A DNA stretch of 64,000 nt from contig JAFTVG010000021.1 of the NCBI GenBank assembly GCA_017465885.1, forward strand, positions 46,500-110,499, read 5' to 3'. Origin of the DNA: Clostridia bacterium (GTDB lineage: Bacteria > Bacillota > Clostridia > Oscillospirales > CAG-272). This document shows, piece by piece, positions 1 to 8,506 of this stretch (position 1 is the first letter of the stretch; every line of letters starts with the position of its first letter). Position numbers and translations under genes: made by a program. The notes below the pieces were generated by a model. The model was not told the origin of the DNA and ran no database searches. It worked only from the letters and a program-made list of their open reading frames with translations.

Positions 1-34
1 CTTTGATCGGCTGATGCCGATGCGCTTTATGGGA

Positions 35-334
35 TTATTCCTCGATCTCGATCACAGTGGTGTCGCAGAAGTCCTCGTCACCAAGAAGCTCTTCTTCGGC
101 GGCATCCTCCTCAAGGGAGATCTCCAGCTTCTTTTTCTTAGGGGTGGGGATGATCTCAAGGATCATACCGAGTCCGGAAAGGAAGCCCAGGAATGAGGTC
201 ACGAAGAGGATGATGGAGCCGGTCTTCTTCTTATCGAGAAGCGACCAGATGAAGGCGCCGACCATACCCAGTGCAGAGCCGAGGGTGATGATATGCTGTA
301 ATTCCAGTTTTGCGTGCTTGAACTTGTTTTTCAT
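35..334 (-). CDS. Small hypothetical membrane protein (2 TM helices, acidic C-terminus)
   Basis: 99-aa ORF with AAGGAG RBS just downstream of prfB; two hydrophobic stretches. Confidence 0.7.
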   Translation of the reverse strand: MKNKFKHAKLELQHIITLGSALGMVGAFIWSLLDKKKTGSIILFVTSFLGFLSGLGMILEIIPTPKKKKLEISLEEDAAEEELLGDEDFCDTTVIEIEE

Positions 335-351
335 AACCGTTCTCCTTTAAA

Positions 352-1455
352 TTAAGCGTTCATTTTAAGATATGCGTTGATGAAGCCGTCGATGTTTCCG
401 TCCATCACCGAGGAGATATTCACCTCTTCGTAGCCCGTACGGGTGTCCTTGGCAAGGGTGTAGGGCATAAAGACGTAGGAGCGGATCTGAGAGCCCCATT
501 CGATGTTGGCTTTTGTGCCCTGGATGTCCTCAATGCGCTCCAGCTGCTCTCTCATTTTGATCTCCATCAATTTGCTCTTTAACATCTTGATGGCGGTCTC
601 CTTGTTTTGCAGCTGGCTTCGCTCGGTCTGACAGCCCACCACGATGCCCGTGGGGATATGCAGCACTCTGACTGCCGATTCGGTCTTGTTGATGTGCTGA
701 CCGCCCGCACCCGAGGACTTGTGGGTGGTGATCTCCAGATCCTCTTCCGCGATCTCGATGGTGCCGTCGTCGTTAAATTCAGGCATCACCTCCACAGAAG
801 CAAAGGAGGTGTGGCGTCTGCCCGAGGAGTCGAAGGGCGAAACGCGCACCAGACGGTGCACTCCGTTTTCACTCTTCAAAAATCCGTAGGCGTTCATGCC
901 CTCGATCATTATGGTGGCGGATTTCAGTCCTGCCTCTTCGCCGTCCAGCCAGTCGATGAGCTTGACGTTGAATCCGTTCTTCTCGCCCCATCTGGTGTAC
1001 ATACGGTAGAGCATCAGCGCCCAGTCCTGCGCCTCGGTGCCGCCTGCACCGGGGTGGAAGGAGAGGATGGCGTTGTTTGCGTCGTATTCGCCCGAAAGCA
1101 GGACCTCAATGCGCATCTTTTCTTCCTTTGCCTTGATGTCCTCCACCGCCTGCAGGATCTCCTCAAGGAAGGATTCGTCCTCCTCCTCGATTGCCAGCTC
1201 GGTTAACTCCACGGTGTCGGCGTGCTTTGCCATCAGCTCGTCGTATTCGGCGATCTTGTCCTTTAACTGCTTTACTTCTCTTAAGATCTTGCCCGAGTTT
1301 GCCTGATCGTTCCAGAAGTCGGGCATCATGGTCTGCTCGTCAAGCTCCTCGGCTCTGACTCTCAGTTTTTCGATTTTCAGCGCATCGCCCAGTTCGATCA
1401 GCTCGGGCTCCAGCTCCTTTAAGGTGCGCTTTGCTTCGTCAAGTTGGATGATCAA
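352..1455 (-). CDS. prfB: Peptide chain release factor 2
   Basis: SPF anticodon-mimic (RVSPFD) and GAGGQHIN motifs, WGSQIRSY; continuous ORF from TTG with AGAGGA RBS. Confidence 0.97.
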   Translation of the reverse strand: MIIQLDEAKRTLKELEPELIELGDALKIEKLRVRAEELDEQTMMPDFWNDQANSGKILREVKQLKDKIAEYDELMAKHADTVELTELAIEEEDESFLEEILQAVEDIKAKEEKMRIEVLLSGEYDANNAILSFHPGAGGTEAQDWALMLYRMYTRWGEKNGFNVKLIDWLDGEEAGLKSATIMIEGMNAYGFLKSENGVHRLVRVSPFDSSGRRHTSFASVEVMPEFNDDGTIEIAEEDLEITTHKSSGAGGQHINKTESAVRVLHIPTGIVVGCQTERSQLQNKETAIKMLKSKLMEIKMREQLERIEDIQGTKANIEWGSQIRSYVFMPYTLAKDTRTGYEEVNISSVMDGNIDGFINAYLKMNA

Positions 1456-1598
1456 TGATGTGTCCTCTCTTTATATAAAATGCCGTTTGGCTCGTTGAAA
1501 TACGGTATTCCTCTATTCACTTCAGTATACTATATTTTTTGCCGTTTGTAAATAGTTTTTTTGCAGAGGCTTTGTAAAATCGACGGGATATCCGCCCT

Positions 1599-2366
1599 TT
1601 ACAGTCTTGATATAGCGATCTGATCGTATATCTCCACCCGCGCTTCGGGCAAAAGCGCCTCCACTGCCGCCTTTAAGGTGTGGCAGACCGGTCTTTCGGT
1701 ATAGTCGTGACCTGCGGCAAAGAGGCAGAGGGCGTTTTCCCCTGCGTCAAGCAGATGGTGGTGGCTTGCCTCGCCCGTCAGGTATCCGTCAGCCCCTGCC
1801 AAAAGAGCGACCTTCCATTCTCCGCCCCCCGAGCCGCCAAGCAGGGCAAGGCGCTCGATCCTTTTTTGGGGCAGGCTTAACGCAAGCTGAGGACAGCCCA
1901 GCTTTTCCTTGATCTGCTCTGCCAGCTCCTCTCCTGTTTTTGCTTCGGGCAGTCTGCCGATCCGTCCCATGGGAAGCCCCTCCACCTCAAAGGAGGTGAC
2001 CTCCGAAAGCCCAAGAAGGGTCGCCAGCCTATCGTTGACCCCGCCCTCGGCGCAGTCGAGCCTGGTGTGGAAGGAAAAGACCGAAATGCCCTTTTCGTAG
2101 AGCATCAGCGCCCTTGCCGAAAGGGGATCCTTGGGGTAGAGGGCGTCAAGGGGGCGAAAGAGCAGGGGGTGGTGGGTCAAGATCAGATCAAAGCCGCCAA
2201 GCAGGGCTTTTTTGGCGCAGTCTGCCGTCAGATCCAGGGCAACAAGCACTCTGCAAACCGGTTGCTCGCCGTCCTTCATCACCATAATGCCGTCGTGATC
2301 CCATTCTGCCGAGAGGGCAGGGGGGTAGGCTTCGCTTAGTTTTTGGTAAAGCTCGATGTGTTTCAA
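1599..2366 (-). CDS. Nif3/YbgI-like dinuclear metal center protein
   Basis: AEWDHDG, LTHHPLLF, HTRLD, GHDYTE motifs; usual position next to trmK. Confidence 0.92.
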   Translation of the reverse strand: MKHIELYQKLSEAYPPALSAEWDHDGIMVMKDGEQPVCRVLVALDLTADCAKKALLGGFDLILTHHPLLFRPLDALYPKDPLSARALMLYEKGISVFSFHTRLDCAEGGVNDRLATLLGLSEVTSFEVEGLPMGRIGRLPEAKTGEELAEQIKEKLGCPQLALSLPQKRIERLALLGGSGGGEWKVALLAGADGYLTGEASHHHLLDAGENALCLFAAGHDYTERPVCHTLKAAVEALLPEARVEIYDQIAISRL

Positions 2367-2387
2367 AGGTGTGTCCTCCCTTTCGGC

Positions 2388-3071
2388 TTATTGCTTTTGC
2401 AGCTCTTTCTCGATGAGACGAAGCAGGCTGTCCTCATCCTCTGCATCCACGCCGTTTTTTCTTTTGGCTTGGGTGACCTGAAGAAGCTGCTCCTTCTTTT
2501 TTTCAAGCAGGGCGAAATACAGCTCGTCCCGCTCCTCCCCTTCGACTCTGCCGAACAGCAATTCAAGGGGGGAAAGAACGTAGGGCGTGCCTTCGTAGTG
2601 GGCGCAGAGCAGGGTGTAGATCCGATGCTCCTCTCTGATCCTGCATTCTTTTTCGATGACAAAGCCCGCTCCCGCAAGAAATTCCCTTAAAAGCTCGCCC
2701 TTGGTCATGGGCTGCAGGATGAGGCGGACAGAGGGATTCTTCACGAAGGGGGCGGCATCAACGATCTGTGCAATGGTCTGCCCGCCCATCCCCGCAATGA
2801 CGATATCGGTGGGGGCGTATTCTTCAACGCCCTGCAGACCCGGGGTGAGCAGGGTGGTGACCTTGCTCTTTAAACCGTATTTTTTCACCGTTTCCTCGGC
2901 TCTTTGAAGGGGACCCTTCACGATGTCGGAGGCGATGGCGCTTTTGATCCTGCCCTCCTTTAAAAGATAGGCGGGCAAAAGGGCGTGGTCTGTGCCCACG
3001 TCGGATAAAACGGCGCCTTGTCTTACCAGCTTTGCCGCGGCAAGCAGGCGGGGGGATAGGATGGGTTCCAT
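2388..3071 (-). CDS. trmK: tRNA (adenine22-N1)-methyltransferase
   Basis: DVGTDHALLP, IAGMGG, LILQPM motifs. Confidence 0.93.
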   Translation of the reverse strand: MEPILSPRLLAAAKLVRQGAVLSDVGTDHALLPAYLLKEGRIKSAIASDIVKGPLQRAEETVKKYGLKSKVTTLLTPGLQGVEEYAPTDIVIAGMGGQTIAQIVDAAPFVKNPSVRLILQPMTKGELLREFLAGAGFVIEKECRIREEHRIYTLLCAHYEGTPYVLSPLELLFGRVEGEERDELYFALLEKKKEQLLQVTQAKRKNGVDAEDEDSLLRLIEKELQKQ

Positions 3072-3211
3072 AAGTCTCTCGTTTCGCTTACTTTATCGTT
3101 TGTGCGGCGTTGCCGCGATTTTTTTTGCGCGCCCTTTGGGGGCGGCTTGGTCAAAATGAAAAAACGCCGAAAAAAGGGGCTCTTCGGCTCCTTTCTTCGG
3201 TCGCTTTTTTG

Positions 3212-3415
3212 TTACTTCTTCTCTGCCAGGAAGGCGTTGAGCTTCTTTACCAGAGCGTCTGCATCGGTGCCGTGTACGGCGCAAGCCATTTCCACAGACT
3301 CGCCTCTTGCGGAGGGGCAGCCCAGGCAGTGCATACCGATCTCAAGGAAGAAGGGAGCGCACTCGGGAGCGTTATCTAAGATATCGCCGATGATGGTTTC
3401 TTTGGTGATGACCAT
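3212..3415 (-). CDS. DUF1858 domain protein
   Basis: ITKETIIGDIL...GMHCLGCPSARGESVEMACAVHG signature. Confidence 0.88.
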   Translation of the reverse strand: MVITKETIIGDILDNAPECAPFFLEIGMHCLGCPSARGESVEMACAVHGTDADALVKKLNAFLAEKK

Positions 3416-3575
3416 AGTTTATATTCCTTTCTTAAAAACGTACTTCTCTTTTATTATACCCGAAAGCGAAAAAAAGTCAACGGGCAGAGGGAATTTTTCT
3501 TGCACTTTTCTTTTTTTTGTGATACACTGTAGGCAGAGCGGAGGCGATATCTCCGCCCCGAAAGGAGAATGCAAT

Positions 3576-3914
3576 ATGGATTGCTTGTTTTGTAAGATCG
3601 TGGCGGGAGAGATCCCCTCAAAGAAGGTATACGAGGACGATCAGGTTCTTGCCTTTTACGACATCGCCCCCCAAGCCCCCGTGCACGTGCTGGTCATTCC
3701 CAAGGCGCATATCGGCGGAGTGGACTGCATTGACGGTGAAAACCTGGGGGAGGTTGCCTGCGTAATGGAGAAGATCCCCCAGATCGCCCGCTCTCTCGGA
3801 CTTGAAAAGGGCTACAGAGTCATTTCAAACGTGGGCGAGCACGGCTGTCAGAGCGTCAGACATCTGCATTTCCACGTTCTTGGCGGAGAACAGCTTTCCG
3901 ATAAGATGGCTTGA
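3576..3914 (+). CDS. HIT-family (histidine triad) nucleotide-binding protein
   Basis: MDCLFCKI start, HLHFHVLGG triad; AAAGGAG RBS. Confidence 0.95.
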   Translation: MDCLFCKIVAGEIPSKKVYEDDQVLAFYDIAPQAPVHVLVIPKAHIGGVDCIDGENLGEVACVMEKIPQIARSLGLEKGYRVISNVGEHGCQSVRHLHFHVLGGEQLSDKMA

Positions 3915-4051
3915 GTTCAAAACCTGGCGGTTTTGAACTCCGGCGGAGTTAGGAGTGCGGAGTTTCGGAAGTTTTTCGCCTGTGGGCAAAAACGAATAAA
4001 TTAAAAACCGAAACACACAAAAACTTTTGAACGTGTATTCCCCCAAATCTT

Positions 4052-4126
4052 CCAAAGTTTTTGGGGATTCCTAAGCCCCTTTTTACAAAAAGGGGCTTAG
4101 GCGGATTTTCAAGGCGGAGCCTTGAA
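4052..4126 (+). repeat. REP-like palindromic repeat family 1, copy 1
   Basis: CCAAAGTTTTTGGGG, stem around TTTTTACAAAAA, second hairpin TTCAAGGC-GGA-GCCTTGAA. Confidence 0.8.
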
Positions 4127-4151
4127 TATAATGCAAATAAAGGAGAAAAAT

Positions 4152-5114
4152 ATGAAGCTTGGTGTCATGTCGCCCGTGCTTGGCGGGCTGAGTCTTGAGG
4201 AAATGATCAAATATCTGTCGTCCTTGGGCGTGCAGAGTCTGGAGCTTGGATGCGGCGGCTATCCCGGGAAGGCGCACTGCGACGGTGCGGACTTCCTTGC
4301 CCATCCCGAGAAGATCGAGAATTTGAAGAAGGTGCTTGCCGAAAACAATATGGAGCTGTCGGCGCTTGCCTGCCACGGCAATCCCCTCCATCCCGATAAA
4401 GAGATCGCCGAGCGCTTTGAAAAGGATTTTGACGCGGCGGTTCTGCTTGCCGAGCAGCTTGGTGTGAAGACGGTGGTTGCCTTCTCGGGCTGCCCCGGCG
4501 ACTGCCCTGAATCCAAATACCCCAACTGGGTCACCTGCACCTGGCCCAACGATTTCAAAAAGATCCTTGCCTGGCAGTGGGAGGAGGTACTGATCCCCTA
4601 CTGGAAGAAGAAGGCGGAGTATATGAAGGCGCACGGCGTCAGAGTTGCCTTTGAGATGCACCCCGGATTTATGGTCTACAATCCTCCCACCCTCCTTCGT
4701 TTAAGAGAGGCTGTGGGCGATACCGTGGGTGCCAACCTTGACCCCTCCCATCTTTTCTGGCAGGGCATCGACCCCATCGCCGCCATCCGTGCGCTGAAGG
4801 GCGCCATCTACCATTTCCACGCCAAGGACACCAAGATCGACGCCATCAACACCTCGGTCACCGGCGTGCTGGATACGGGGGCTTACGGCGACATCCTCAC
4901 TCGCTCCTGGGAGTTTCGCACGGTGGGCTACGGTCACGGCACCGAAACGTGGAACGACATCATTTCCACCCTGCGCGCGGTGGGCTATGACGGTGTGATT
5001 TCCATCGAGCACGAGGATCCCCTGATGTCTCCCAAGGAGGGACTTGAAAAGGCGGTGGCATTCTTAAAGGACGCCATCATCTTTGAAAGCCCTGCCGAAA
5101 TGTGGTGGCAATAA
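4152..5114 (+). CDS. Sugar phosphate isomerase/epimerase (xylose-isomerase-like TIM barrel)
   Basis: AFEMHP, NLDPSH, HFHAKD, ISIEHED metal-binding motifs. Confidence 0.9.
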   Translation: MKLGVMSPVLGGLSLEEMIKYLSSLGVQSLELGCGGYPGKAHCDGADFLAHPEKIENLKKVLAENNMELSALACHGNPLHPDKEIAERFEKDFDAAVLLAEQLGVKTVVAFSGCPGDCPESKYPNWVTCTWPNDFKKILAWQWEEVLIPYWKKKAEYMKAHGVRVAFEMHPGFMVYNPPTLLRLREAVGDTVGANLDPSHLFWQGIDPIAAIRALKGAIYHFHAKDTKIDAINTSVTGVLDTGAYGDILTRSWEFRTVGYGHGTETWNDIISTLRAVGYDGVISIEHEDPLMSPKEGLEKAVAFLKDAIIFESPAEMWWQ

Positions 5115-5616
5115 GGCTTTAAAACGAAAAGGGGTGCGGAAATGAAGTGCAAGGTCTGCGGCGGCTTTTTGAATGGACAGGAGGTGACCTGCCCCCATTG
5201 CGGTGCAGAGCTTGCGGCGCCCCCTACTGCCCCTCCTTCCAAGGAGCCGACCTTTAAGGAAAAGATTTTAAAGCGTGCAAAGCTCTTTAGAGCGCTCTCC
5301 GTGCTTTTTGGGTGCGGTGCTCTTCTTTGGATGCTGGGCGGTCTTGGCGCGTTGATCTTAAATATCCCCACGATCACGATGATCTACTTTTTTTGCGGAA
5401 TGAATCCAAGTATTTTGCTCTCGCTTGCAGGGTTGATTTTGGGGTTTATTTGCAGAAAAGATGCTGATGACAAGAAAAGCGTGGTGGCGACGGTTGGCGT
5501 TGTTCTGTCATTCGTTACACTGGGCGGTTACCTGCTGTATCGCGTGGTAACGCTTGTCGTGGTGCTTGCGGCATAGATCGGGGATCTGTGAGTCTGCCGA
5601 AATGTGGTGGCAATAA
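5092..5616 (+). repeat. 23-bp direct repeat CTGCCGAAATGTGGTGGCAATAA at 5092-5114 and 5594-5616
   Basis: Exact copy of the isomerase 3' end after the next gene. Confidence 0.9.
5142..5576 (+). CDS. Zinc-ribbon membrane protein
   Basis: CKVC...CPHC N-terminus, Pro-rich linker, ~3 TM helices. Confidence 0.75.
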   Translation: MKCKVCGGFLNGQEVTCPHCGAELAAPPTAPPSKEPTFKEKILKRAKLFRALSVLFGCGALLWMLGGLGALILNIPTITMIYFFCGMNPSILLSLAGLILGFICRKDADDKKSVVATVGVVLSFVTLGGYLLYRVVTLVVVLAA

Positions 5617-5702
5617 TTCGGAGATACTATTGCAAAAAGGTTTTGCATATGGTATAATGCTTGAAAAGCGTATAAAATGATTTCAGATATGGGAGGTTCA
5701 TT

Positions 5703-6233
5703 ATGATTTGTAAATCTTGCGGTGCGGAAAACGCAGAGGGCTCTGCATTCTGCGCAACCTGCGGCGCTTCTTTGGCGGAAAAGAATGAGGCGGTGGCGGC
5801 ACAGCAGCCTGCAGCCGAAGTGCCTGTAGCCGAAGCCCCTGCAGCCGAAGCTCCTGCAGCCGAAGTGCCTGTAGCCGAAGTGCCTGCAGCCGAAGTGCCT
5901 GTAAGCGAGGTACCCGCGAAGCCCTCCAAGGTGATGGGCATCGTTTCCACCGTTCTTGGCGCACTTTCTCTGCTGGGTAATGCGAGCTGCACTTGTATGT
6001 GCGGATGCCTGGGAGGTTTTCCTGCCATCGTGATGGGCATCGTCGGTCTGGTGCTCAGCATTATGGCAATGGTGAAGGCAAAGAACGCAGGCACCAAGGA
6101 CACCCTTGCCATCGTGGGCTTGGTGCTGTCCATCCTGTCCTTGCTGCTCTGTCTGCTGGTGTGCATCGTGAACGCCGTTATCGGCGGTGCGGGCGCGCTG
6201 ATGGAAAGTATGCAGGGCGGAAAGAGATATTAA
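5703..6233 (+). CDS. Zinc-ribbon membrane protein with P(A/V)AE(V/A) repeat linker
   Basis: CKSC...CATC N-terminus, GGAGG RBS, TTGCAA/TATAAT promoter upstream, ~3 TM helices. Confidence 0.82.
   Translation: MICKSCGAENAEGSAFCATCGASLAEKNEAVAAQQPAAEVPVAEAPAAEAPAAEVPVAEVPAAEVPVSEVPAKPSKVMGIVSTVLGALSLLGNASCTCMCGCLGGFPAIVMGIVGLVLSIMAMVKAKNAGTKDTLAIVGLVLSILSLLLCLLVCIVNAVIGGAGALMESMQGGKRY
5808..5910 (+). repeat. 15-bp coding tandem repeat (~7 copies, CCTGYAGCCGAAGYN)
   Basis: Direct inspection; encodes PAAEV/PVAEA repeats. Confidence 0.85.
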
Positions 6234-6396
6234 AAGCATAGTAAACAGCAAAAAGAGGTCTGCCGATGTCTTTGCATTTGGCAGATCTTTTTTTATCTTT
6301 TTTTGCGTAGCTTCAAGATTTTACAACTTGATTATGGCTTTTTCTCCTTTTTCGTGCTATACTTCGGACCGAAGACCACCGAAAGGAATAAAAACA

Positions 6397-6933
6397 ATGA
6401 AAAAACTGTCCCTTACCGCTTTCCTGCTTGCCCTCCTTCTTGCCTTTTCCTCCTGCATGACCCTTACCGACGTCCTTGATCCCAAGGAAAAGCTCTTCAC
6501 CCTTGAAGACTACCCCGTAAGCTTCACGGCGACCACCGCCTTTAAGGAGGTGTCCGACCGCGGGGAGTGGGATATCCAGATCACTGACGGCAGGGTCTAT
6601 TTCGGGGTGATGGCGTACGACCCCATCGATTTATCGGAGGGGCAGACCCCCGAGGAGATCTACAAGCTTCAAAACGACGATCTGTTTGGCAGAAGAGAAA
6701 ACGTGCAGGTGATGGTGGAGGAAAGCACCTCCACTCTTTCAGGCAAGAGCATCACCCACACCCGCTACTCCGCCGAAAGGGAGGGGAGCAAGAACTATTA
6801 CGAGTCCTATCTGGTCACCTTCGGGGAGGATCAGACCTTCTGCTGGGTGCTGATCACCGGCTTGCCCTCTTATATTGAAAAAGAGGGAGGGCATCTGCGC
6901 ACCGTCGTGGAGAGCCTTTCGCTGACCGAGTGA
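6397..6933 (+). CDS. Hypothetical lipoprotein
   Basis: MKKLSLTAFLLALLLAFSS-C lipobox; AAGGA RBS. Confidence 0.78.
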   Translation: MKKLSLTAFLLALLLAFSSCMTLTDVLDPKEKLFTLEDYPVSFTATTAFKEVSDRGEWDIQITDGRVYFGVMAYDPIDLSEGQTPEEIYKLQNDDLFGRRENVQVMVEESTSTLSGKSITHTRYSAEREGSKNYYESYLVTFGEDQTFCWVLITGLPSYIEKEGGHLRTVVESLSLTE

Positions 6934-7004
6934 GCCGCGGAAAGGATTCCGCTTCTTTTGAAAATATAACGAAAGAGCAACGTTCTCCTTGAGAACGTTG
7001 CTCT

Positions 7005-7158
7005 GAGCGTGTCGATAAACCTCTTTTTTAAATTTAAAGAAAACCGGGTTTTAACAACCTGTTCTTCCAAAGTTTTTGAGGGTTTTTAGGGGACTTTTTA
7101 CAAAAAGTCCCCTAAATAGGGTTTGGGGCAAAGCCCCAAAGGGCTTTTTGACAGACTG
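7005..7158. mobile_element. MITE with IS1182-like ends inserted in a terminator; 31-bp target duplication at 6974-7004 and 7159-7189
   Basis: Exact direct repeat AGAGCAACGTTCTCCTTGAGAACGTTGCTCT on both sides; imperfect terminal inverted repeats GAGCGTGTCGATAAAC / GCTTTTTGACAGACTG; no transposase. Confidence 0.7.
7067..7140 (+). repeat. REP-like family 1, copy 2 (inside the MITE)
   Basis: CCAAAGTTTTTGAGGG, TTTAGGGGAC-TTTTTACAAAAA-GTCCCCTAAA, TTGGGGC-AAA-GCCCCAA. Confidence 0.8.
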
Positions 7159-7212
7159 AGAGCAACGTTCTCCTTGAGAACGTTGCTCTTTCGTTTCTTT
7201 CTGCGGATGCGT

Positions 7213-7419
7213 TCATTCCTCGCTCTTGAAAAGCTCGTCGATGGACACGCCGAAGAGCGAGGCGATGGCAGGCAGCAGGGTCAGGTCGGGGTAGGAGCGC
7301 TCCTGCTCCCATTTTGACACCGCCTGCACGCTGACCTGCAAAAGGGAGGCAAGGGCTCGTTGGGTTAAGCCTGCCCTTTGGCGCAGCTTTTTGATGTTTT
7401 TGCAAATGGGCAGATCCAT
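7213..7419 (-). CDS. XRE-family helix-turn-helix regulator
   Basis: IKKLRQRAGLTQRALA...VSVQAVSKWEQERSYPD. Confidence 0.9.
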   Translation of the reverse strand: MDLPICKNIKKLRQRAGLTQRALASLLQVSVQAVSKWEQERSYPDLTLLPAIASLFGVSIDELFKSEE

Positions 7420-7598
7420 AGTTTCGGGAAGGTCCTCCAAAGCCTGAACGTATTTTGCTTGTTGCTTTGGAAAGTGCCGCCGTGGTAAAGGGCCGGGGCT
7501 TGAAGCCGCCCCCGCCTTCTTGCTTCTTGCGTGACAAGAACGGGGCGCGCTTTCACGTGCCCCGTCTTGCTATTGCGCGCCTTGGGCGTCAAAGGGGA

Positions 7599-7661
7599 TC
7601 AAAGACGTCCGTGATGGGCGAGCAATACGACACTCTCGCGGGGAAGTGCCAAAATAGTCAT
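7599..7661 (-). CDS. Candidate 20-aa small ORF MTILALPRESVVLLAHHGRL
   Basis: Strong GAAAGGAGG RBS before the ATG, downstream of a consensus promoter; below the ORF-track cutoff. Confidence 0.45.
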   Translation of the reverse strand: MTILALPRESVVLLAHHGRL

Positions 7662-7753
7662 ATCGATCGCCTCCTTTCGTAGTTATTTTACAGTTGACCG
7701 CCCCTTCTGCAGTCGGGGGAGGTCTGCCGCGGGGCGTCCCCTGAGGCGCTTTT

Positions 7754-7782
7754 ATTGTAGCACGGCGTAAGGGGGCTGTCAA
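7754..7782 (-). promoter_or_regulatory. Sigma-A promoter
   Basis: TTGACA-17 bp-TACAAT with extended TG. Confidence 0.7.
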
Positions 7783-7877
7783 GGGGGCTTTTGTCTACCG
7801 TTGGTTGATGCCGCCGCCCCCTGCCCGTGACGGCAACACAAAAGCGGCACTGCAAAGCAAGCAGTGCCGCGATCGTT

Positions 7878-8357
7878 TTATTCAACGGTGATGGTCTTGA
7901 TCTTCTGTACTCTTCTGGGTCTGTCGGAAAAGTCGGTGGGAACCGACGCGATCTCGTCTACCACCTCGATGCCCGAAACCACCTTGCCAAAGGCGGCGTA
8001 CTGGCCGTCAAGGAAGTGACCGTCCTCGTGCATGATGAAGAACTGGGAGGAGGCGGAGTTGAAGCTCTGGCTTCTTGCCATGGAGATCACGCCTCTGTCG
8101 TGGGACAGGGTGTTGTTGAAGCCGTTTGCGGCAAATTCACCCTCTAACTTTTCCTTTGCGCCGCCCATACCGGTGCCGGTGGGGTCGCCGCCCTGGATCA
8201 TAAAGCCTGCGATGACTCTGTGGAAGATCAGTCCGTCGTAAAAGCCTTCCTTTGCCAGCTTTTCAAAGTTTGCAACCGTCTTGGGTGCGATCTCGGGATA
8301 GAGCTCCAGGGTGATCACGCCGCCGTTTTCCATTTCAATTCTGACCATATTTTTCAT
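7878..8357 (-). CDS. ppiB: Cyclophilin-type peptidyl-prolyl cis-trans isomerase
   Basis: FYDGLIFHRVIAGFMIQGGDP, SASSQFFI, LDGQYAAFG. Confidence 0.93.
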   Translation of the reverse strand: MKNMVRIEMENGGVITLELYPEIAPKTVANFEKLAKEGFYDGLIFHRVIAGFMIQGGDPTGTGMGGAKEKLEGEFAANGFNNTLSHDRGVISMARSQSFNSASSQFFIMHEDGHFLDGQYAAFGKVVSGIEVVDEIASVPTDFSDRPRRVQKIKTITVE

Positions 8358-8506
8358 TCCTTTCGGTTTTTAAAGTTCAAATTTCAGTTATACTATTATA
8401 ACAGATGAAAAAAGTCTTGTCAAGACGGCTTTTTTTTGCAAATTATCATTGCAAGAAGCGAAAAAATGTGATAGAATATAGGGAAGAAGGGACGCCCGAA
8501 GGGAGA

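Noticed and set aside
7440-7750. tmRNA (AAATAACT and a 3' ...TTCAAGCCCC...ACCA resemblance)
   Set aside because: No alanyl acceptor stem, no proper T-loop and no tag ending in an ALAA-like sequence
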